Of a stretch of DNA of 64,000 bases, positions 54,382 through 64,000 are shown piece after piece. Both the position numbers and the translations under genes were made by a program. The stretch comes from Octopus sinensis (lineage: Eukaryota), in assembly GCF_006345805.1 (NCBI RefSeq), contig NC_043005.1:1116001-1180000 (forward strand), given 5' to 3'. The notes under the pieces are model-generated. The model saw only the letters and a list, made by a program, of their open reading frames with translations. It did no database searches and had not been told where the DNA came from. Position 1 is the stretch's first letter; each line of letters begins with the position of its first letter.

Positions 54382-54542
54382 CTGTATCGAAATTTAGAAC
54401 CTAATGAAAAAATTTTCTTTGATGGTGGGTTTGGTGCATGAAGACGGAAAAACGTGTGGTGTTCAACACAGGACTTCCACAGATTCTTGCAAGAGCGGTA
54501 ACTGACCATATTGAAACCAATCAAATTTTCAACAGTATCATT
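54382..54542 (-). CDS. PTPN4: Exon, end of FERM-C: NDTVENLIGFNMVSYRSCKNLWKSCVEHHTFFRLHAPNPPSKKIFSLGSKFRY(S)
   Basis: Acceptor tttttctatgcttcag, donor GTAATT; 161 nt, phase 0 to 2. GFNM..YR.CKNLWK.CVEHHTFFRL and LGSKFRY are characteristic of PTPN3/PTPN4. Confidence 0.9.
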
Positions 54543-55482
54543 CTGAAGCATAGAAAAATAAAAGATTTTTGGGGGAAACAAAAGGAATTTGAAAAAGTTA
54601 AAATGGAAATGAGAAAATTTAGATAAGTCACACATTATTCTAGAAATAAAAAAAAAATATCAGATAAAAAAACAACTGTACACACACAAAAAAAAAGGCA
54701 AAAGAATATGAGAAAATTTGTAATAAACAATGTACTTTGAACTGTACCTAACAAAAATGTGGAACTAATTGCAAGTTTGTGTGAATCTGTGCAGCTTTTT
54801 ATAAAAAGATTTTATGTACAATAGTAAATTAGCATTAAGAGTTTCTGATTGAGGAGTTGAGATTCTTGATTAAGGCTTAGAACAGATATTGTGGAAGATC
54901 TTGATTGTCTGATCAACTCTTTTACCTGTATTACCTGTTCCTAAATTATTGTGTGAGTGGTTGAATATTCCACAAACACGTGGGCCCTTAATGGAATTCT
55001 CAGGTATTATCAGTGTGACAAGGCTGATAGGCTTCAGTACAATTTTCATCTCCCCAAATTCACTAGCAAGGTATGAGTTGACCTGAGGAGTCAGAAAATG
55101 ACATATACCCAAGATGCTATGCAGCAGGATTGAAACCAGGACACTGAAGTTGTGAAGTGAATTTAGTTATTCAGTTACACTGGACCCTGCTAAGACAGAT
55201 TTACAGAATGCTGGAAACTGTTTGTCAGAGTCACCAGTTTGCACAGTAACAAATCACTGTGAGATGTAAGTTACAACATACATAGAACTGGGGCACTATG
55301 ATTAGGGTTTTGGCCAATCATAACTTGTTTTGATGAATCTCTCTTTGCTAAAGCATGGGCCATGAAGTTAGAAAGAACAACACTGGTTTTTACAATAGGA
55401 TCAAATTCTTTAGAACATGGTCAAACATACAGTCATGCCTTCTCCTATTAATATCTATTTATAGAAACAACTGATCACTTAC

Positions 55483-55546
55483 CACTTCTCGACGTAACTG
55501 AATGAAAAACTGTTTTCGTTTAAAGGATATCTTCACTATTTTTGCC
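55483..55546 (-). CDS. PTPN4: Exon of FERM-domain tyrosine phosphatase-like gene (FERM-C lobe): (W)AKIVKISFKRKQFFIQLRREV
   Basis: Acceptor cttttcctttag, donor GTAAGT; 64 nt, phase 2 to 0. The peptide closely matches PTPN4 WLKIVKISFKCKQFFIQLRKEL as recalled. Confidence 0.88.
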
Positions 55547-56029
55547 CTAAAGGAAAAGAGAAGACAAACATTGAATTTTATGTAACAGTATACAAACTAG
55601 GTGTAATTTACTTATGACCCTGTAGGAAGAATAATTTAAGCTGTACAGAAAAATGATCTCATAATTATCACAAATATCATATCACATCATTATCATTGCA
55701 AGAAATATAGCACACTCTTCTGAATTCAATTCTGGTAACACATCAGCTATGCAATTCATTTGTTGGGATGTTGGCTTTGTGGTTAATTAATGCTATCTAT
55801 GTTCTATAAATGTCAAAGTAAGATGTTGTTGTCGTCTTCATCAGCATCAGAAAGTTATCAGGGTGCAAAATGTAGTTTTAATTTCTAGTTTAAATTATTT
55901 AATACTCGTTAACTCAAACAATTTTGCTTATATTTATACAATCTTTATCAAATAAATTATTGTTGTTGTAAAATTTTTACCTAATAAATGTTGTTGTTTA
56001 AAAAATCAACTTTGGTAGCATTTAAACTT

Positions 56030-56950
56030 TTACATTCAGAGTTCAAGTCCTGCTGAAGTCAACATTACTTTCCATCCTTCTAAGGTTGATAAAATACATC
56101 TGTCAAGTACTGGGTCAAGAGAATTGATTGCACATCCTACAATGTTTCTGGGTCTGTGCCTACTTCTTTTGTCTTTATGTTCTGAACTCAAATTCCACTG
56201 AGGTTGACTTTGCCTTTCATCCTTTCGGCATTGATGAAATAAGTACCAGTCAAATACTCAGACCCATGTAATCAACTTGCCTCCTCCCATAAAATTTCAG
56301 GCCTTGTCTCTCTAGCAGAAAAGATTATTATTGTCGTCGTCATTGTCGCCACCACCACAACCACCACCACAGCTAATTTCTATAGCAAAGCATTACCAGG
56401 TATTGTTGAGTGTCAGTTCAAATGCATTAAGGAAGAAGTCTGAACCTTCTATGATTGAAATTCCAATCTACAAGCGCTTATTTCGCCTCTCTTTGTGGGA
56501 GCAAGAAAATAAATATCAGCAGTATAAGGGATCAATTGCTTGCTAAATTATTATTATTATTATTATTATTAGGTGGCAAGCTGGCAGAATCGTTAGCACA
56601 CTGGATGAAATGCTTAGCAGTATTTTGCCTATTACTATGTTCTGAGTTCAAATTCCACCAAGGTTGACTTTGCCTTTCATCCTTTTGGGGTCAATAAAAT
56701 GAGCACCAGTCGAACACTGGAGTCGATGTAATTGACTCATCCCCACCGTCCCCCAAGCTGATCTTGTGGCAAACATGTGAAATTATTATTATTATGATGA
56801 TGAAGAAGGTAAGCTGGCACAATCATTAGAATGCTGGCTGAAATGCTTGGCAGTATTTTGTCCACCTTCATGTTCAAAGTTCAAATTCTGCCAAGGTCAA
56901 CTTTGCCTTTCATCCTTTCTGTGTCAATAAAATAAGTACCAGTTGAATAC
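56030..56950 (+). mobile_element. Four consecutive SINE family B copies
   Basis: Cores at ~56045, ~56195, ~56650 and ~56885, separated by (ATT)n-like tracts. Confidence 0.8.
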
Positions 56951-56967
56951 AAGAGTTGAATACTAGA

Positions 56968-57885
56968 GTCAGAATGCTCCGATGGATGTGTAATGTCAGC
57001 ATACTCGACAGGGTGTTAGTGCCTTGAGAGAAAAGTTGGACCTAAGAAGTATCAGATGCAGTGTGCAAGAGAGATGATTGTGCTAGTATGGTCATGTGGT
57101 GAGAATGGTGAGGATAGCTGTGTGAAAAAGTACCACACCCTAGTGGTTGAGGGAACATGTGGAAGAGGTAGACCCAGGAAGACCTGGGATGAAGTGGTGA
57201 AGCATGATCTTCGAACATTAGACCTCACCAAGGCAATGACTGGTGACCAAGACCCTTGGAAATATGCTGTGCTTGAGAAGACCCAGCAAGCCAAGTGAGA
57301 CCATAACCTTGTGGCCTATGCCAGGGGTGTAACCAGCCCTCTTATGCATACCTTTCCTTCATTGGACACTAAACTCTGCTTGCGAAGACCTGTTGAGGCA
57401 AGTGAAATCGAAATCAAATTCGATGACTGGCATCTGTGCTAGTGGAGCGCTAAAAGTACCATCTGAGCATGATTGTTGCCAGAGCAACAAACTGGCTTCT
57501 GTGCCGGTGGCACATAAAAAGCATCATTCGAGCGTGATCATTACCTGCATCGCCTTACTGGCACTTGTGCTGGTGGCAAATGAAAAAAATTTCGAGTGAG
57601 GTCGTTGCCAGTGCCACCGGACTGGCTCCTCTGCAGGTGGCACATAAAAAACATCATTTGAGCATGGCCATTGCCAGTACCACCTGACTGGCCCTAGTGC
57701 TGGTTGCACGTAAAAGCACCCACTACATTCTCGGAGTGGTTGGCGCTAGGAAGGGCATTGAGCTGTAGAAACTCTGCCAGATCAGATTGGAGCCTGGTGC
57801 AGCCATCTGGTTCACCAGACCTCAGTCAAATTGTCCAACCCATGCCATGCTAGCATGGAAAGTGGATGTTAAACGATGATGATCA
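56968..57885 (+). mobile_element. RTE LINE 3' fragment
   Basis: CVKKYHTLVVEGTCGRGRPRKTWDEVVKHDLR, repetitive 3'UTR and GAT tail. Confidence 0.9.
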
Positions 57886-57907
57886 TTATTATTATTATTA
57901 TTATTTA

Positions 57908-58100
57908 AGGTGGCAAGCTGGCAGAATCGTAAGCATACTAGGAAAAATGCTTAGTGGCATTTCATCCAGTTTTATGTTGAGTTCAAATTCTATCAAGGTT
58001 GACTTTGCCTTTCATCCTTTCGGGGTCAATAAATTAAGTACCAGTTGAGTACTGGGGTCAATCTCATCAACTTAACCTCTTCTCCAAAATGTCATGTCTT
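57908..58100 (+). mobile_element. SINE family B
   Basis: ggcaagctggcagaatcg head and core. Confidence 0.8.
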
Positions 58101-58530
58101 GTGCTTTCATGTTGGTAGCTGAGTGTTGATACTTCCAAGTGCACCAATTACTATTGGTGTCACGTCTACTCTCCTCATTGTCCACAACCTTCGTATTTCC
58201 CACTTTATATCGTCATAGGTGTATTTCTTCTTCTTCTTTCACATTGATTCTGTTGCCACTGGGACAGGCTATGTTGATAATAATACATGTTCTTTCTCTT
58301 TTATTCACCACAACAATGTCCAGTTTCCAATGTCTGGTCAGGTGATCGCACTGGATCACTGCATCCCACAGGATTTTGCAGTTCTCATTCTTGGTGGCTC
58401 CTTCTGGGGTTTGTTCATACCATGTCTTTGCTCTTTGTAGGCCATGGTTTCCATTTGTATTCACATTGTGCCAATTTCAGGCATTTGCTAATGATGTGCC
58501 ATAGCATTTCCCCCCTCTCACCACACATTC
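58100..58530 (-). mobile_element. R4/Dong-like non-LTR element fragment (restriction-like endonuclease region)
   Basis: WYEQTPEGATKNENCKILWDAVIQCDHLTRHWKLDIVVVNKRERTCIIINIACP...KEEE resembles the KILWD...RPDI...IIDVA.P...KE.EK RLE signature. Confidence 0.7.
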
Positions 58531-58567
58531 TGCAGCAGCGTCGTCGTCGCCGTCCTCGTCATCATTT

Positions 58568-58790
58568 AGGATGGCAAGCTAGCAGAATCATTAGAATGCT
58601 GGACAAAATGCTACACAACATTTTATCTGTCTTTACATTCTGAGTTCAAATTCCGTTGAGGGCGAATTTGCTTTTCATCCTTTTGAGATTGATAAAATAA
58701 GTACCAGGTGAGCACTGGGGTTGATGAAATTGACACCTACCTCCCTCCAAATTTCAGGCCTTGTGCCTAGAGTAGAAAGGATTATTATTT
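58568..58790 (+). mobile_element. SINE family B
   Basis: Complete head, core and agaaaggattattatt tail. Confidence 0.8.
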
Positions 58791-58934
58791 ATTTACAGTA
58801 AAACAATCTGAAATGGAGACATCACATTCAGTGTGTTTCTTTAGCTTAATCACACTAGAGCCAAATCTAAGAAGTCAACTTTTTTTCTATTCCACATTGA
58901 AGGAGACAGCTATAAGCAGCACTTTGAACATGGC

Positions 58935-59605
58935 CTACAAGACACTGTCTTATCACAGCTGATCAGTTCGCAGGATGCAGTCAAGATGCAAATGCAATTT
59001 GGAAGCTTAAAATTTTGTGTTGAACTGGGTAAAAATGCTAAAGAAATGCTCCACACTGCGTAGGGATTAAACTGTATGAGGCTGAGCATGTCTTTTGCTG
59101 GAATAAGAAGTTTTCAGAATGGTAGAGAAGAGGTGAGAGATATGGAGAAGTGTAGGAAGGAGAAGGATGTCAGAACATCAGACTGGGTTGAGAACATTTC
59201 TGATTTTCTGGAAGAAGACTGCAGAATGTCTACAAAGGCAATAAGTACACAGATTGGAGTTGGTGTGGCAACTATCCACACAATTCACCATGAAGATCTA
59301 AACAGCAACCTAAGGGTCCTCGAGTTACTGGTGACCTGTCATGCAAGCTGAATCTACTTTTATGATCCAGAGGCCAAGAGACAGAGTGCCCAATGGAAGC
59401 ATCCTGACTCCCTCAGATCCAAGGGGGCCAGGCAAAGCAAATCCACTGGGAAGCTCATAATGATCCCTTTTCTTGACAGCAAGGGCATCATCTACATCCA
59501 TGGGATTCCCTCTGGCCAGATGGTCAACAAAGAGTACTTTAGAGGTTTTGAGGGAGTTCAGAAAGAGATTTTGTTGCAACGGGCCGGAGCTCTTTCAAAC
59601 AGGTG
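58935..59605 (+). mobile_element. Mariner transposase fragment
   Basis: KFCVELGKNAKE, FYDPEAKRQSAQWKH and DSKGIIYIH motifs; deleted and frameshifted. Confidence 0.78.
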
Positions 59606-61613
59606 TAAGAAGTGAAATAATTTCAAATTTAAGGTCTTTAGAAAAAAGAAAGGAAAAGAAAACTCATCTTGACTGTTATTATATATGAAGAAAACAAAAG
59701 AGAAGAACTTCTTTCTTTCGGTTATTGTAACAGTATGACAAATGATGGGCATAGAGATGGTTACCAAAAATTGAAATCAAATCTAATACATTTACCTGAT
59801 GTATTTAGTCTTAAGAGCAACACAGCTTTCTATCTGATGTAAAGTTTTTGTTCTTAAGATGTGATGACCCTACACCTAACCAGGAGCATCTAACTATACT
59901 CATTACTACACAATGGTTGGCTTTGGAGAATATCGTTGAACATTAATGGCATGTTGTCTTTGTCTGTTGGTATTTGCTGAAAAGTATCATTCACAATGAG
60001 AGATGAGAGAGATGAGTTGGTTGGTGTGAAATAATCTCACTGCTTTGGAAAAGAGCAGAGATAATAGAACGTCTAACCTACAGTTCGGTTTCAATACCAT
60101 ATTAGATATTAAAGTTATTTTGTTGTATATACTTCATGTCCTTCTGGATCACGAGAGAGACATATTGGATATTACTCTTTACTCTTTTACTTGTTTCAGT
60201 CATTTGACTACAGCCATGCTGGAGCAAGGGACAGCACTTCCTGACATACTAAATTTCTCTTCCATTAAGCAGGCAGTATAAATAGAATCTGAGCAATTTA
60301 TGCTAATTCAGTGCTAGCACTATAACAAAGTTTGTAAATTGTGATTAAACAATCTTATGTGTTTGTATCTTTCAATTTTATTTTAAGTCCATAAATATAA
60401 TCATTGCTCATATCTATAAAAAAAAAAACAACAACTAACGCCAGTATCTGTTAATTTATTCAAGCTGCTTAAATGTCAGCAAATTCTTAACATTTTTTCA
60501 GTGCTTGCCTTTGGAAATTAGTGGTTTCGGGTCAGATATGGTTTTGTGCAATAACATTTTCAAACCTATATTGTCCAAGCTAATAATTGTTGAGATGAAT
60601 AGCAATAATACCTCACTTTACAAGATCCCAGGTATACGGGTTTTATTTTTCAAGCACAAGATTCAAATTTTGAATGAAGTGCAAAAGTTTCTACTATCAT
60701 AACAAATACTTCTGCATTTTACTGAGAAATTTATAGGGAGTGAAAAAAAGTTTCTTCTAAACAAACAACTCTAGACTTGTTTTTTAGTTTTTTAAAAAGC
60801 AATCTACAAGTCTGTCTATGAGTGCTTGTGAATTGGTGATTGTGTCTACAAGTGATGCTGTGCATGAATCTAGTGTGAGTGAAAGTGATTCAGAAAATGA
60901 TTATAATTAATAATATTTTTTTAATTATAAATGATCTTGACATTCTTTTTACTTTACATAAAGTATTCTTTACATTCTGCAGTTGTTTTATTGCCATATA
61001 TTTACAAGTATTACAAATTTCATGGGTAAAATATATATTTCTGGAACTGAATTATGATTTATAACGTTGCTACTATGGGAAATTATTATTGTTCAACTTT
61101 ATGAGTTTTCACTTTAAGATCAGTCTCCAGGAACAGATTAACTTGTATACCATGGGATTACTGTATATATCAAAATGTCCACACACACACACACACACAC
61201 ACAAAACAGCAGCATAACAACAAAACCTTAAAAAAATTTTATAAAAACCAAACAAATAAAAAATAAAGAAACTTCTCCTGTTACTCTGTAAATACTCAAG
61301 TACAACAACAACAATAATAATAAAAATAATAATAATAACAATAATAATAATAATAATAATAACAATAACAACAACAACATCAACAACAATTCATACAATA
61401 CAAATATTAATATTTTCATGAAATCTGAATGTTAATCCATTTTGTAGATAAAAGGAAGACAGAAAAAAATGATGAAATACAGTGATAGAGTGAGAGAGAG
61501 GTTTTAAGGAGGACTATAAGAAATGATTAAGAGATACAACCTCACTTGTAGTTTTTCCCACCACACACACACATACACACATACATATACATACATGTAC
61601 ACACACATAAACA

Positions 61614-61673
<60 letters not shown>

Positions 61674-62119
61674 TAGACATACCTATGTATGTGTATATAT
61701 ATGTATGTAAGTAGCTAGCCAAAACCTCAAGGTCACTTTCAATAATATTCTTGTTTCAGAATAACACACACACGCAAACATATGAGGTTGGAACAAAAGT
61801 TTGCACTGTTTTCAATTGGTGGCATTTAAACATGTGATTTTGTTTCTCACATGACAGAAGCATATTGTGTGTGTGTGTGCGTGTGTGTGTGTATCAAATA
61901 ATGAAGGTGGTCAGATGCAATTCAAAACCAAAAGGAAACAATTCACTGACACTAAAATGCGATAAAGAGGGCAGGGATGACGAGTGCGGTGAGGAGGTTG
62001 TCTCCCCTGCCAGTAAATAGAAAATGTGCTTTTGTAGGTAAAGAGTTCTTTCACTCTTATTTCTAGCAATGCTGGTGCTCCCTGCACCCTTCGTCATATT
62101 TTAGTGACAGAGAATTACT

Positions 62120-63515
62120 TACATCATCATCATCATCATCGTCGTTTAACGTCCGTTCTCCATGCTAGCATGGGTTGGACGGTTCGTCCGGGGTTCTGGG
62201 AAGCCAGAAGGCTGCACCAGGCTCCAGTCTAATTTGGCAATGTTTCTACAGCTGGATGCCCTTCCTAACGCCAACCACTCCGTGAGTGTAGTGGGTGCTT
62301 TTTACGTGCCACCTGCACAGGTGCCAGGCGGGGCTGGCAACGGCCACGGTCAGATTGGTGTATTTTATGTGCCACCGGCACGGAAGCCAGTCGAGGCGGT
62401 GCTGGCATCGGCCACGAGTCGGATAGTGCTTTTTACGTACCACCAGACCAGGGATCCTGGCTGGTTCAATTCAATTTCGATTTCGCTTGCTCCAACATGT
62501 CTTCACAAGCAAAGGGGGTTGGCAAGGGTGCCTGTCGTACGGTCGCATTGGAGTATTTTACGTGCCACGGCCACGAGTCGGATAGTGCTTTTTACGTACC
62601 ACCAGACCAGGGATCCTGGCTGGTTCAATTCGATTTCGATTTCGCTTGCCCCAACATGTCTTCACAAGCAAAGGGGGTTGGCAAGGGTGCCTGTCGTACG
62701 GTCGCATTGGAGTATTTTACGTGCCACGGCCACGAGTCGGATAGTGCTTTTTACGTACCACCAGACCAGGGATCCTGGCTGGTTCAATTCGATTTCGATT
62801 TCGCTTGCCCCAACATGTCTTCACAAGCAAAGGGGGTTGGCATGGGTGCCTGTCGTACGGTCGCATTGGAGTATTTTACGTGCCACGGCCACGAGTCGGA
62901 TAGTGCTTTTTACGTACCACCAGGCCAGGGATCCTGGCTGGTTCAATTCGGTTTTGATTTCGATTTCGCTTGCCCCAACATGTCTTCGCAAGCATGGAGG
63001 GTTGGCATGGGTGTCTGTCGTCGGATGAGGTTCTATATCGACTTCGCTTGCCTCAACCGGTCTTTGTGTCCAAGGGAGGAAAGGCATTCATAAGTGGGCT
63101 GGGCTCACTTGTCCTGCCTGGTCTTCTCACGTACAGAATATTTCCAAAGGTCTCGGTCTCTGGTCATTTCCTCAGTGAGGCCTAAAGTTCGAAGGTCGTG
63201 CTTCACCACCTCGTCCCAGGTTTTCCTGGGTCTACCTCTTCCACGGGTTCCCTCAACTGCTAGGGATTGGCACTTTCTCACACACCTATCTTCATCCATT
63301 CTCGCCACATGACCATACCAGCGCAATCGTCTCTCTTGCACACCACAACTGATGCTTCTTAGGTCTCCTCTCCACCTTATTTCTTGCATACAACATACAT
63401 CAACACGTCTCCGTTCAAGCATCTCGACTATCTCGCCAGACCTACCTTTCAATGTGCCAACGTTGAGGGTGCCCACCCTGAGGGTGTGGGAGGTGTGGGC
63501 CTCTGAGACCCATAT
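62120..63515 (-). mobile_element. Young RTE derivative with in-frame internal deletion and expanded 3'UTR
   Basis: APE N-terminus LRVGTLNVGTLKG...QEIRWRG is fused at ~63365 to C-terminal DLRSISCGVQERRLRWYGH...QDK*; (GAT)n tail at 62123-62140. Confidence 0.9.
62411..63020. repeat. 159-bp tandem repeat, ~3.8 near-identical units
   Basis: gccacgagtcggatagtgc recurs at 62411, 62570, 62729 and 62888. Confidence 0.95.
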
Positions 63516-63689
63516 TCTGTAAGGTGACATATCAACACATCTTTCTACATATTCAATGAGGGAATGGTTAATTTCTGCCATTCTTACATTGAAAATGAGA
63601 TACATTTTCATCATTTGAGGCTGTTTCTATTTCCAGAGAGGAAAAAAATAAGCAAACAAAGTACAAACGGCAAACAAATATCTACAGTT

Positions 63690-64000
63690 TATGTAGATAG
63701 TATCATAGTTGAGAGAACTGTTCATAAGTGATACACTAAACTTTGGAATAAAAAATTTTTGATCTGGAAGTCAGTGAGCATTTCAACCAGGCTGCAGTCA
63801 CCAATGATGATCAAATTGAGAAATTAAGAAAAAATAATCCAGGCTGCAGGACACAAGACAAATGCACTCCACAAATCTTTATGAGTGTTATAGAGTATTT
63901 AAAACTACTTGGATATCTGAAATGCTATGATGTTTGAGGGCCTCATAACTAAACAGTAAAAAATTTAATGGACTGCATTCCCATCTGCAATTCTCTGCTC
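63690..64000 (+). mobile_element. Mariner transposase fragment running off the window
   Basis: Decayed YDVW.PH.L...NLMDCIPICNSLL (mariner WVPHEL region). Confidence 0.7.

Noticed and set aside
59796-59833. 38-nt AG/GT-bounded minus-strand micro-exon (IESCVALKTKYI)
   Set aside because: Starts in phase 0 and would replace the conserved FERM-C Trp; incompatible with the expected upstream exon.
62411-63020. CRISPR-like periodicity
   Set aside because: Whole units are identical with no unique spacers; eukaryotic context and no cas genes.
62162-63093. 288-aa and 198-aa + strand ORFs
   Set aside because: Explained by the 159-bp tandem repeat antisense to a LINE 3'UTR; not called as genes.

Overview
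AT-rich, microsatellite-dense eukaryotic DNA. The repeat content (RTE LINEs with (GAT)n tails, tRNA-derived SINEs, mariner relics) suggests an octopus/cephalopod genome; this is inference, no search was run. The window is almost entirely intronic sequence of one minus-strand gene. Four exons with canonical splice sites (55483-55546, 54382-54542, 53182-53250, 25139-25381) join in frame to encode the end of a FERM-C lobe, the FERM-adjacent motif and a linker. The sequence most resembles PTPN4/PTPN3 (Ptpmeg); no PDZ or phosphatase exons were found. The introns contain several RTE and CR1/L2-like LINE fragments, an R4/Dong-like endonuclease fragment, mariner relics, MITEs and at least five short repeat families. 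No prokaryotic features or CRISPR arrays were seen. The best leads are: an RTE with an in-frame internal deletion and a fresh 159-bp tandem array; a (TAA)n-targeting non-autonomous element; a 294-nt three-exon block with inverted SINEs on both sides that could circularise into a stop-free ORF; and phase-compatible candidate alternative exons. None is demonstrably a new system from sequence alone.
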